A stretch of DNA of 64,000 nucleotides, from contig OX597819.1 in NCBI GenBank assembly GCA_951406725.2, forward strand, positions 117,056,001-117,120,000, in the 5' to 3' direction. Each line of letters starts with the position of its first letter. Within the stretch, counting starts at the first letter, position 1. The notes under the pieces were generated by a model. The model ran no database searches. It was given only the letters and a program-made list of their open reading frames with translations, and was not told where the DNA came from. Origin of the DNA: Octopus vulgaris (Eukaryota). Below are positions 13,258 through 26,683 of the stretch, piece after piece. The position numbers and the translations under genes are program-made.

Positions 13258-13630
13258 CTTGCTGTTAATGTTGAGCGAAGCGGTCTTCGTCCCAGAGTGG
13301 GAGACGTCCGAAACGTGGTCCTTTGCTATTCGTAAGACCCGCAGAAGAGAAAGCAGGTCAACCCCCGACACCGCGAGCATCAACGGATGGATGAATGCGC
13401 ATCTAGGCTCAGCGGTTGCGTAGGAAGTCGAGAACAAGAAACAGGAAGAAAGAGTGAGAGAAAGTTGGGGCGAAAGAGTACAACAGGGGTCGCCACCTCC
13501 CCCTGGCGGAGCCTCTTGGAGCTTTAGGTGTTTTTGCTCAATAAATACACACAATGCCCAGTCTGGGAATCGAAACCGCGAATATCCGACCGCGAGTCCG
13601 CTGCCCTAACCACTGGGCCATTGCGACTCC
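13258..13630 (-). mobile_element. OR-type SINE with alternative 3' tail
   Basis: 13430-13630 matches the 5' ~200 nt of 626-1011; 13258-13430 is unrelated. 10-bp TSD tactgctgct at 13248-13257 and 13631-13640. Confidence 0.85.
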
Positions 13631-14120
13631 TACTGCTGCTGTCTTTTGTGTTGGAATATCCCATTTCATTGTAGCGAATTCAGCTTCATAATATCTGATT
13701 TCCTTGAATTTGCTGCAACTTCTATTGCTTGACGTCTTCGCAATTTCCTGCACGGGCATTTACACCTTCTGTTTGTATGTGCCTACACTTTTTATTTGTG
13801 TATCGGGCCGAGGGCACTACGGCGTCAAGTGCCTTTCTACTAAAAAAACATCTCACCAACGCTTTTATATCCTTGAACAAGACTAACTTCGCCATGCTTT
13901 TTTTTTCTGTTTTTAAATTATTTTTGAAATAGTTGTTAGGGGCAATAACAACCCAAAACAACCAGCCTATGCGATAGGTGTTGCTTTTGATTAACTTTTA
14001 GTAACGTAGTAAGCAATTAACAACATTTGGCAAGAAAAATTTAGAACAAAAACTTACGATCGGACCAACACGTTCTTTCCGTTAGGACGATTAATAATAA
14101 TAATAATAATAATAATAATG

Positions 14121-14168
<48 letters not shown>

Positions 14169-15052
14169 ATAAAGTATGTATGTATGTATGTTCTTATATA
14201 TGAGTGTTTCTATGTATATATATATATAATCATTCATATACACAGATATATATATGCATATATATGTAAATTTATATATATATACATATATATTTATACA
14301 TACATACACACACACACACACACTCACACACTCACACACACATATATATATATACATAGGTTAATGACATATATGCTTAAGCTTATTACACATGACATTT
14401 AATAAGTAGGAGTTAACATATTGCTGACTTTTCACTTAATCTTCTTCAAATTGAATACTAAAAACAAAACGTGTATTTTGCAAAATCACAAGCCTTTAAA
14501 GAATATGATGGAACGTAATAGAACAGAAACACACACAAACAATATTCTTAGCGGGATCTTTTCCTATTTATAAAGCAGATGTCACCTGCTTGAAGCATTG
14601 CATATTTATGTAATATTTCCATGCACAATTCTCTATGAATATAACAGGTATTTCCGAGAAATTTTCCGAGAAAATAAAATGGCATTGTATGATAATTAAG
14701 GAAGATTTAGCTTAACATTTTTCTTTTAACAGTTGTTATGTTCTTTTTCTATTGGAATTTATGTATTTTATTATTTATCGGTTTTCTTGGGGTTGCTATG
14801 AAAACATTCCATTGTGCAAATGAAAACAGTTTGCCTGTAGGCTTGTGAAATCCATAAAAATGTACCCAAAATACCCCTTCATAACGTGAGGGAGTACGCA
14901 CTATCGTGGATATGCGAAATCATGCACTGCTGCGCTGACATTTAATGTTTCATTAAGGCAGGTTTTAAATGCAGTTGTACTTTCATATTTAATTGTTTAT
15001 CCAATTACACACAAACACTCACACGCACATATGCAATTTAACATTCTTATAC

Positions 15053-15420
<368 letters not shown>

Positions 15421-17883
15421 TGCATGAAATTTTGTATAAAATAATGCGACATTAATCTGAAAGGTCTCTCAGTCCTTTCCAGAAGATAATATATTTGATC
15501 GTGTTAAAACTGCTGAAGGAAAAGGAGCTAGGTGACAATAAGTGCTAGTGATAACTTCGTAACTCCCCATGTGTTTGATATGTGTATGTGTACTTATAGA
15601 TATCTAATGTATATTTCTGTATATGTATGTATATATATTGCCATATATATGTGAGTGGGAGAGTAACTATCAGCGATTGGAGAAGCTCCGTAATGTGTAT
15701 ATATACACCTTACGAACTACTCCAATCTCTGTTTCTTTCATAAGAAATGATACTTGTTAATTCATATATAATACAAATATATTTCTGCAACGAATTTTCT
15801 AGGAAGGAAGCTCGAAGTTATAATAATCATTTACCTGTTAATATGCCGTTAGTGATATTAGCTTATGCACTTGTCAACCGATTTTCGAAGATAAATAAAT
15901 AAAATAAGCACCTATTTGCCACCAACTAATATAATTTACCAACGATGCATTTATTATTAGAAGGCTTTTAAAATATTGTAGCGGTGAAGACTTTAGCAGC
16001 AGCATGACATCATAGTCATGTAAGGTGTCTTTTATTTTAAAAAGTCTTCGGCTTTTTCATTGGTCAATTTTGCTGTCTATATGTCAATTCTAATCTTCAA
16101 GAAAAGTTTATTTTCCATGAAGAAAGTTTCGGAAGTTATTCAGTGACATTTGGTTTCCCACACGGGACCTTGTCACTCATTCTGGCAATGTTATTTCGCA
16201 TTGTTTATCCTTCAGGACCTTATGTCATGCCCTTCTAAACCATATATTAGAGTAATATTGATGAACTAGACAATAAAATTTTTCCTGTCGTCTTACTCAC
16301 GACAGATTATTTCAAAACATGTTTTTTTCTTCTTTATGATAAAGTATTGCAATATTTTCAATCATTTATTATGTTGTGATAAATTAATTGTAAATATTTT
16401 GACTTGCTGTAAATAAATGATTTGTGTTAAACCCAGTCCTTCTCTAGATATTTATCTGTACGAACTCTCAGCGTATTATTGTAAAGAAAATGTATTAGCC
16501 AAATATTTATTTGCTTACACCTTATGAAATTATACTCAAGATTTTCTTAACGAGAGAATATAGTCAGCCCAGTATGATGAAACGAAAGAACATTCTTAAG
16601 ATGAACATTATTTCCTAATTTCACTTTCACAGATATCTTGATCTTGGTATTAAATAACACTTTCTTATGCTGTTTAAAGTGACTTATAACGGTGATGTTA
16701 CTGAAATATCGGTATCTTCAACATACATGCCGAACGCTGTTACAAGTGTATTTTACGTATGACGTTCTGTTTACGCATTATATTACTTCTAGCGTTTTGT
16801 CTACACCTCGCAACTAAATGATTGATAACCAGACCTAAGCACCAACATCCACACTGTTATAATATATCTTACTTGTAATCATGAGGGCGTCTTCTAAGTT
16901 TTTGACTTATTCGGTTTAGGCGCAAAATTAAAAAAAAATATCATTTGATTATGATTTGCATTGAAACAGATGAATTTTGAGATTGTTGGATGCATTGTCT
17001 AAAAAATAATAAATATCAGGGTAACACTTAGGCAAAAGTTCAATTAGGTTAAAGTCAATTGAAGTCATATGGTAACACCAAAATTAGCATCACAATGCAG
17101 AATGGTAAATATTACATTCATGTAGGGAATATTTCAATAGTATGCGTTTGTAATGTTATTCTCCAAATTCTAGCGAACTGAAACAATGAATGCATTTATA
17201 AATATATCATATGCATACATAAAATATGCTATAGGAAACATCTAGAAAGTATGATAAATCATTTTATTACAGATCAATGTGTACAGAGGAAATACTACAG
17301 ATTTCAAATGAAGGAGATTTAGTTGGTATGTAGGTATCTTTCAGGACAACTCATTTAGGCTTAGTCACAATCACATAGATCGTAGACTGATTAAAATCCG
17401 TCAGAAACAAATTTCTTTTGTAAAAGTGAAAGTTAGGCTTTTTGCAAAGTCGTTATAAATTCAAGGCTGCAATATATAAAACAAAAACATTCTACTAAAA
17501 TGTATTTAATTTAATGATTATAAATATTTTCATTCTTTACAATACATCATGGGAAGACGTGTAAGAAATAAGTTGGGCATCAGTGAGAAAATCGTGCTGA
17601 TGTTACAATTTTCTAGAGAGGAATATTTATGTATTAAAATCAGGAAACAGATTTGCGTATGCGTATTGACAGTGATACGTTTTACCATCCTTTCTCATTC
17701 ATGCAATGCTCACGACGTCATTCACAAAATATGTAAGAGGAAACTTCAGATGTCAGTTATCTATCATATTGTTTCTGCAAAGCACAATAAATTTCAGTGT
17801 TATCGCCGATATACAGTAAAGGAATTTATCAGATTTCATCTTACTTAAAGCTGCTGACGTGTTAAATGGAGAAACAAATAGAA

Positions 17884-17943
<60 letters not shown>

Positions 17944-18460
17944 AGAGATATATAGATATATAAACACACAAATGAAGATACACATGTCTGTAGGTATGCT
18001 TATGTACTTGTGTGGGTGAGCTTGTGTGTATATACATATGGAGATGTTTTGATAGGTTTCCTTCTCAATTTTGGTCAGACGGTTGGTTGGCTGGCTGGCT
18101 GGTTACAGTTTTTATGTGTTCAGCAGACGGAATGAAAATAATAAACAAAAAAAAAAACATTTGTTATTTTATTTATTTTTAAAACATAAGGCATACTTAC
18201 ATGTTTGAATAAATTTGTTTTATATTCCAGAGAAACATAATAAAATGATCGATATATCCAATATATTTCAAGAGAAATGAAATGTGTCTGTTATCAAAAG
18301 ATCGAAGATACACACATGCGCAAACACACAGACGCGTATACGCACTTACACACATACATGTATGTATGTATTTGTAGTCGTGTCTATAAATATTTCTATA
18401 CGTATTTGTATGTCTATATATTCACATGTAAGTAGGTATACTTATTAGCATGCATGAATG

Positions 18461-18523
<63 letters not shown>

Positions 18524-18653
18524 ATGTGTGTGTGTGTGTTTCTATGTATGTGTATGCTTATATATGTATATATATATGTAGATATGGGGAGAGACTTTAG
18601 TAAGTGTATATGTGCGAGTACATGTATGCACACACACACTGAAGCGTACACCA

Positions 18654-18703
<50 letters not shown>

Positions 18704-20425
18704 GTACTTCGTACACTATTACGAGTATAAAAACAAGCACGTCTATTAATATAAATATATATGCTTTCATAGTTTTTAAATAACCTTTACAGAAAAATCT
18801 TCAAAAATTGTAAAATATGCAGTTTTATATATTTAATCGGTTTGCTCTCGAGGGTATGGTATCATCTCCACTTCACAATTCATCACAGAAAATATGCCCT
18901 CATCCTGTATTCAGATTATGATGTGTAGCATATAGATATGTAAATCAATCGCAAATTACCAGAAAGAAGCCTTTTACATTGTACAATAGCGCGCTCATTT
19001 GTACCATGTAGAATGCATAATTATTGTTGTATATCTCAGGATGTATGGGATGAAATAAAATATATAATTCAGATACGTCTAGTATTTTAAATCATAAATA
19101 TTGGTACTAGATATAAGCATATACCAGTTTGCTTCGCGAGAAGTACAATGTCGTCAGACGTAACATTATATCCTCAGCGAAGCGCGAGTTACTAAAAGCG
19201 TTTGCATTTAGTAATCAGACTAATACATTATAAACAGTTGGGACATTTATACTAAAAATTACTATACTTTTAATATACACTCAGTTATATATAATTTATT
19301 TGATTCTGGTGCAATCTTTTAATATGTAAAACTTTCAGGGTGGAAAATGGGTAAGACGTTATGTTATCTCCAGCCCTCCACCTGCCAAAGACAGACATAT
19401 CCAGTGTGAGAGAGAGGGAAAGAGAGAGATGTACAAGAAGATATGTATTAAGAATCATGTTTGCACAATGCATTTCAAATCTATAGAGTGATATTGTGGG
19501 TGAAACCATAAGGTTTACTCTGAAGTGACGAGGTTGCTTTCTCTATTTGAATAAATTTGTGAATATACAAGTAAAACGTTGAGCATATATATTAATGGAA
19601 TCATCCACGATACCTTCGTTATATACTGTAATGATTCTTCTATACTAAAATAAGAACTACATGAAAAAGGTTACAAGACGGTCGTATGCATTCGTACATG
19701 TGTGTCCCACCCTCTGTTTATATGTATGTGTGCTAGTGTTTGTGTGCATGTGTGTGTGTGAATTGCAATTAACCCGGAGGCATTTTCCATCGATTACATT
19801 TCGTATTTCTTCGGTGATGAATCCTGTTTAGTGATTAAAATCGCCTAGGAAAATAAGCGTCTTTCGGATCCAACATATATCATACTAAGAAAGAAATCAG
19901 CATTTTCCCTTCTGGCCACAATGGCATCAAAAAACAGACATGACAGAGAATTATTGATCACAAATAACAAAATATATCTTAAATATACAAAGTGAGGCGA
20001 GATAGCATTATGTCTTTTGAAAATATATGAATAAAAGAGTAACAGAAAAAAATCTGATTAGTGATGTATAATTTGAGGTGATGAAAGGCAGAGATTTAGG
20101 TGATCTGAGTGCAAACAGAATCGTGTGCAAGAGCCTGGGTATATGTTTGTGAAGGGGAACACGTACCTGTGTGTGCACGCGCGGGCTTCTTCATGTGCCC
20201 GTGCGCGACGGAGTGCTTTTGTGTGTGTTAACTTTTGACCAAGTATGTAATTACAAGCGGTAATTTTTAAGTGTTTATTTAATAATAATGTCAGATAATT
20301 CTGAATATTAGGGGCTATATATATATATATTGAATATATATTAAACTAGAAATATTGTTCAACATTTGGCAAAGCATTATGAAGGCAATGAATGCAAAAG
20401 ATTCTATATGTATACACACATGCAT

Positions 20426-20480
<55 letters not shown>

Positions 20481-20549
20481 TTATTTATGTGTGCTTGGAT
20501 ATATACACACATACACACACACATATATATATATATATATATGTATGTA

Positions 20550-20615
<66 letters not shown>

Positions 20616-20659
20616 ATAGATATATATATGTATGTATGTATATATATATATATACACAC

Positions 20660-20712
<53 letters not shown>

Positions 20713-21334
20713 CGAGAGAGAGAGAGAGAGCTGTTCGGTTAGATATAAACAGAAGATTATAATTTTTTTCAATATATATATTTTTCAATTTTCCCACTTT
20801 ATATTCATAGCTTTTACGTCTATAAATAAGTTACCCTTGGTTTTTTTTTCACATTTATTATTGCTAGAAATAACATTTTCCAGTTCAATGAAAAGTGATT
20901 AATTTCGTAACTATGATCATTTAAGCATGACGTTTCACTCCTTTCATTTATATATCTCTTATGGGTTGGAAAAAAACAAAAAAAAAATATCTGATATCCT
21001 CTCTCGATTCCTCATGTTAATCAAAACCACTCCTATGTACTCAGACAGAACATCATCTAAACCACCAAACATCTATGTGTACATACCCAAACTCGCACAC
21101 ACACATGCACACACGTATATGCAGGTATACATAGCCGTGGCCATAAACATATTCTATATACATGAGCTTACAATCCTAAAAATTGTTCACAATCATTTAT
21201 ATGATATATACATATACATACACAAACGCACACACATATGAGTGTTTGTTTTCATGTTGCTGATAAATATGAAAATACTTCCATACACACGTTACATATA
21301 TTATACATGAGCATATATGTATACGCATTTTTAT

Positions 21335-21427
<93 letters not shown>

Positions 21428-21559
21428 GATATATATATATATATGATTAAGATTCAGTTGAATTAGATAGTTAATTTTAGAACCGAGTCAGTCTGTTATT
21501 ATCCTCAGAGCTCGTAGTAAGGAGAATAAATTCAAAATAAGCATCCGGATATTAGGTGG

Positions 21560-21960
21560 AAGATCCAGCTGTGGGATATGCGTCAATTTAATTGAGGTAT
21601 CAGACTTATCCTTCAAACAGGGACAACAGTTCTCAGTGAAAGCAACTTCACATGTACTTCGTAGAGCCTGATATACGCACTAAACCTCTCTGGTTGTCGA
21701 GCAATACACAGGCCAAACAAAAAGCGGTCTACGTAAAAGGATTGTTCTGCACAGATCCCAGATAAAAATTCCCCAAAACAGAAAAATAGCATTCAGCCTA
21801 CACATCAGCATTTGCGCCAGTAACAAAATCCAACCTTCAGAATTTTTCCCGTCTACCAATTCAGGGACGATACAACCTGTAACCAACGAACTAATAGAGA
21901 GACTCTGTTTATTACAAAATACAGGCCCCTTTTGAAAACATCTACATCAAACGACATATC
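21560..21960 (+). mobile_element. Penelope-like element remnant: GIY-YIG endonuclease pseudogene
   Basis: With frameshifts reads CGICVNLIEVSDLSFKQGQQFSVK / SNFTCTS*SLIYALNLSGC / EQYTGQTKSGLRKRIVLHRSQIKIPQNRKIAFSLHISICA..FFP. This gives LIY...YxGQT...R...H motifs plus a Cys-rich linker typical of PLE endonucleases. Confidence 0.75.
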
Positions 21961-22218
21961 CACCACGGCCATGAAATAACACAAACACACACGCAAATAT
22001 TGAAAACGATACAATCAAGAGATTCCCAAGAATTCATTAAAAAACAGCCCCAATCACTGCTATAATCCATAACGACCAATTGTATATCACTTGACCATTT
22101 AACTCAATAAATTTCATTCGTGGCATTTTTCTACCCGCGAATATTGTGTGAAACTCTACTATTACTCTCTTGCTTTGGGTTTCTCTATGAGTAAGTGCGT
22201 ATTATTGGTGTGTGTAAG

Positions 22219-22448
22219 GCGGCGATCTGGCAGAAACGTTAGCACGCTGGGCGAAATGCTTAGCAGTATTTCGTCTGCCGCTACGTTCTGAGTTCAAATT
22301 CCGCCGAGGTCGACTTTGTCTTTCATCGTTTCAGGGTCGATAAATAAAGAACCAGTTTCGCACTGGGGTCGATATAATCAACTTAATCCCTTTGTCTGTC
22401 CTTGTTCGTCCCCTCTATGTTTAGCCCCTTGAGGGTAGTAAAGAAATA
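22219..22448 (+). mobile_element. MetaSINE-like SINE, full length
   Basis: Head tggcagaaacgttagc..gagttcaaattcc, then gtcgactttgtctttcatcgtttcagggtcgataaa. Perfect 16-bp TSD tattggtgtgtgtaag at 22203-22218 and 22449-22464. Confidence 0.9.
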
Positions 22449-23654
22449 TATTGGTGTGTGTAAGAAATTATACGTATCATCTTTTTACGTAACTGAGAGT
22501 AATAGTAAAGATTTATATTTCATATTTGAGTTCAGTAAAATATTCATAACTTTAATTGAAATTTGCTTAACCATACCTCTGTATATGACTGTATGTGTAA
22601 GTGTGTTCTAAAGTATCTGCTTTATCTGTATCTCTCTTTACATTTCATCTGCTTTGCTGCATTCAATTTGCTTATTCCCAATTAGATCCAATTTTTGTAT
22701 TTTCCCTCGGTTACATATTTTAAGTGATTTAGAAAACTTGGCAGGCGCGGAAGACGCTATGAGAATTAAACATTTTAGAATATTAATTATCATAATAGAT
22801 CACTAACCACAGAAACTATTTCAATATTCTAATAGCTTAGCTCCAATTTTCATAATATTATTATTTATATTTTAATGGTAATTTTTCAGTATTTGCTCTC
22901 TAATTTTGTGCCGATTTCAAATGCTGCAATTTCATGAGAAACTAGCTCCTTAATATAAGTTAATTTAACTACGATTATTATTCATTCTTGCATATTTCGC
23001 CTGGAATATACAAGTCGTAAAAAATCTGATTCAAATATATTTAAATCGAACGAAATTTAAAAACCCAACCGGGAATATTTACATATTTACATAATAAGTA
23101 TTTCATTAATACTATTACCTTCAAGGGATTTTATGCACACATATATATATACATTTCTATATGCTGGATGGCCATATGCATCTAGAATTTAGTTTAGTAC
23201 TTACAGTAGAGATATTTTGAAAGTATTTGTTATTTAATCAATCGTGAATATCTAATTAATTAGAGATGCGTGTACCTCATCAGAAATTATTAAACATTTT
23301 CTAAAATGCCATCGTAAAATATGAATGTGTCATTTGTAAATATATATCTTTCGGTATGAAATATAACTTCATAATAAGAATGACCCTTAAATATCAAAAG
23401 ATAAGATGAGATGCAAGCAGTTTCGAACTATTTAGAATTGCGTTTTGGGGGTAAGTTTATATTCATTATCGTTGTGTTGAATTTGAACACCCCTGTTGGT
23501 TGGCTCCTAATGGACTATACCACAATATAAACTGACATACGCGGAGAGCCTTCAGCGGTGTAGAGCAGAATAAAGCCGAGCGTTGCGTATTGTCTAGGGT
23601 TATTACCAATATCTTGAGTAGAAGGATTTGCGAGCACATTATTTTTATCCCGTA

Positions 23655-23910
23655 GAGGCACGTAGATTAGTTGTTCGGGTGTTGAACTCATGATCGTAAG
23701 GTTGTGGTTTCGATTCCTGGACCGGGCGATGCGTTGTGTTCGTGAGCAAAACACTTCATTTCACGTTGCTCCAGTCCACTCAGCTGGCAAAAATGGGTAA
23801 TCATGCGACGGAACGGCGTCCCGTCAAGGTGGGGAATTTCTACGCCACTGAAACCGGGAAACCGTCCCTTATGCGCCTAGCTCGTGAAGGAACCTTTTTT
23901 TATTATTATT
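23655..23910 (+). mobile_element. tRNA-derived SINE with CORE-like domain
   Basis: B box ggtttcgattcc, then tgtgttcgtgagcaaaacacttcatttcacgttgctccagtccactcagctg..aaatgggta; (TTA)n tail. Confidence 0.75.
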
Positions 23911-24540
23911 ATCCCATTACATCGTACGTCGAACGTGCGATACAATTATTTAGCTAGTAGCATTAGATTGTCAATCCTACCAAAATTTTGTTTTATATAT
24001 TTGGTAGACCACTATTACTACGTAAAAATATTAATCTAAAATGTTAAAAGATTTTAGTCATATAAGTCACAAGCCGAGATAAGGTAATTTCTGTTATATT
24101 TTGCATCTTATTGGAAATAGAATGAAGGTGCTATTTTACAGGATTTTTTAAGAAATATTCTTTCACGTATATTTGTTTTTTTTTAATTTGAGCAATTAAG
24201 CCGAACTATACTATGCTTTGTCAAGCCAAGTTACACACCAGCTTTATAATTACAAAAAACATTGAAACTAAACCGCAAGTAGGAAACATCGCTAATGCAA
24301 AAAAAAAAAAAACAAAACAAAAAAACAAAAACAAAAGAGGAAAAACTAAACAAAACATTTTCTATATGGGTAAACTTAGAATATGTGTGTTCGTAAATCT
24401 GAGAAAAGCGTAGAAAACTAAACAATCCTAAAACATCTTTCCGAAAAAGTTTTGTTATTGTGTTTTTTTCATATGCAAACGTGCGCACATACCTAGCCCT
24501 GTATATAGGATTATATATGGACTCACGTATATATATACAC

Positions 24541-24590
<50 letters not shown>

Positions 24591-24679
24591 ATGCAATACA
24601 AAGTATCGCCTTCCAGTATTTTTACGTTCGCTATTTCCAGTAAATATCGGTACTTAGTTGTGCCATTTATTTACTAATT

Positions 24680-24740
<61 letters not shown>

Positions 24741-24949
24741 TCAAAATGTGACCGCGTGTGTACCGTTGGCGATTTTTTTCCTCTGTCTTCCCTTCTCTGG
24801 ATATTTCCTTCTCCTATGTTTCCGACGAAGAGCTCCGCTCGAAACGTTAAACCTTCCTTCTTCCCTTCCTTCCTGAGCGTCCAATAATACTATATTTGTT
24901 CCACGTCCTCGCGTTGTTGTGTTTTCTCTTTGTGTTTTCATGTTTAGAT

Positions 24950-24953
<4 letters not shown>
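24741..24953 (+). mobile_element. (TA)n-flanked Penelope pLTR-like insert with hammerhead motif at 24818-24852
   Basis: gttt-CCGACGA-a-gagc(tcc)gctc-GAAA-cg-TT-aaac: stem I gttt/aaac, stem II 4 bp, palindromic stem III ACGT, U4C core variant. Confidence 0.6.
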
Positions 24954-25043
<90 letters not shown>

Positions 25044-25085
25044 CATACATATATATATACATATATATATACATACATATATATG

Positions 25086-25352
25086 ATTGATTGATTGATT
25101 GATTCTAGTTTCAGCTTATGAGCTGTGGCCATGCTGGGGCACCGCCATTTGGTGTTGCTACTTGGTTTCACTTCACGAAAGCTTTCTAGCAACTGCCATT
25201 TGGTGCATGAGAGAGTTCGATGCAGCTGCCCTCATCTGCACCTCCTGCCGTGAAGTTGGTTCATCTGGGACACCTGACAGCAAGAGATCCAGCTTCATTT
25301 TAAAGACATCTGCATCCACCCCATGCAGGTCTCTCAGTTTCTTCGAGAGGAT
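25086..25352 (-). mobile_element. 3' end of a CR1/L2-group LINE with (ATCA)n tail
   Basis: Minus translation KKLRDLHGVDADVFKMKLDLLLSGVPDEPTSRQEVQMRAAASNSLMHQM resembles ORF2 C-termini of this group. Terminal stem-loop ggcggtgccccagcatggccacagctcataagctgaaac. Confidence 0.7.
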
Positions 25353-25354
25353 AC

Positions 25355-25406
<52 letters not shown>

Positions 25407-25909
25407 GCATATATATGAAGAGGGAAACAAAGCTATCCAATAGTGGATCCAATTGACTATCATTAATCCGGTTCACCAAGCACCATGATCAGCTTTTGGA
25501 TTCCTAACGTTCAACCATTTTACTTCCTGACATCGTTTATATTCTGTAAATTGCACCCTTTTATATTTATTTATTCACATGCACATATTTTCTATTAAAT
25601 GTACTTAACATTGTGTGTAAATCCACTTGCCTAACCTGTTTGCCATTACATTTACTCATATATATATATAAATACATATATCATAACAATAATTCTTAGA
25701 TGAACATCATAGACATTTCTCCTATATTATACATCCTACATTACATCGGTACAGCTTGCTGTAACACACGAAGCACTGTCATAGATGAGTGTGCAAAATT
25801 ACCATCATTAGAGATTGTGGCCGTTTAATAGCTTAGGAATTTTAGTTGCATATTCATTACGTTTCCCATAAATAATTTTCAAAGATACACATTCACACTG
25901 ACATACATG

Positions 25910-25960
<51 letters not shown>

Positions 25961-25961
<1 letters not shown>

Positions 25962-26195
25962 TCTTTTACTCTTTTTTTTTTTTACTCTTTTATTAGTTTC
26001 AGTCATTTGACTGCGGCCATGCTGGAGCACCGCTTTTAGTCGAGCAATTCGACCCCGGGACTTATTCTTTGTAAGCCCAGTACTTATTCTATCGGTCTTT
26101 TTGCCGAACCGCTAAGTGACGGGGACGTAAACACACCAGCATCGGTTGTCAAGCAATGCTAGGGGGACAAACACAGACACACAAACACAAACACC

Positions 26196-26230
<35 letters not shown>

Positions 26231-26380
26231 ACATATATACGACAGGCTTCTTTCAGTTTCCGTCTACCAAATCCACTCACAAGGCATTGGTCGGCCCGGA
26301 GCTATAGCAGAAGACACTTGCCCAAGTTGCCACGCAGAGGGACTGAACCCGGAACCATGTGGTTGGTTAGCAAGCTACTT
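25961..26380 (-). mobile_element. OK-type SINE, body (head displaced to 28620-28648 by an insertion)
   Basis: Reverse complement of the 7406-7820 family. Breaks at ...caagctactt and resumes as accacacagcca at 28637. Confidence 0.9.
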
Positions 26381-26556
26381 TATTTCAAAACATTTGCCAT
26401 AAAGGCAGTACACAAATTAAGTTCGCTTTGCGGGCTGGACGAGGACATTAATGAGGTGAATGATAATGAAAGAAAGATGATAAGGATGGGAGAAGACAGA
26501 AAGCGCCCGCCGACTTTTGCTTCTCTAAAACATTGTTCTTTTTTAAAAAGATAAAC

Positions 26557-26683
26557 ACAAAACGAGGTATAAAACCTCTTACAATTTTTCCAATTTTTTG
26601 GCTTAGCAGTCCATTATTAATACAAAACGAGGTATTAATCCTCTTACAATTTTTCAATTTTTGGACTTAAGTCCATTACTAAT
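26557..26683. repeat. Tandem duplication (~63 bp x2) in the element 3' UTR
   Basis: acaaaacgaggtat..cctcttacaattttt..agtccatta(t/c)taat occurs twice. Confidence 0.85.

Noticed and set aside
13650-14090. Possible Tc1 transposase start on the minus strand (MPVQEIAKT..NRS)
   Set aside because: Similarity too short, and no TIR pair found.
19105-19195. gcttcgc/gcgaagc inverted motif resembling Helitron/Helentron ends
   Set aside because: Only 7-bp arms; terminal motifs not convincing.
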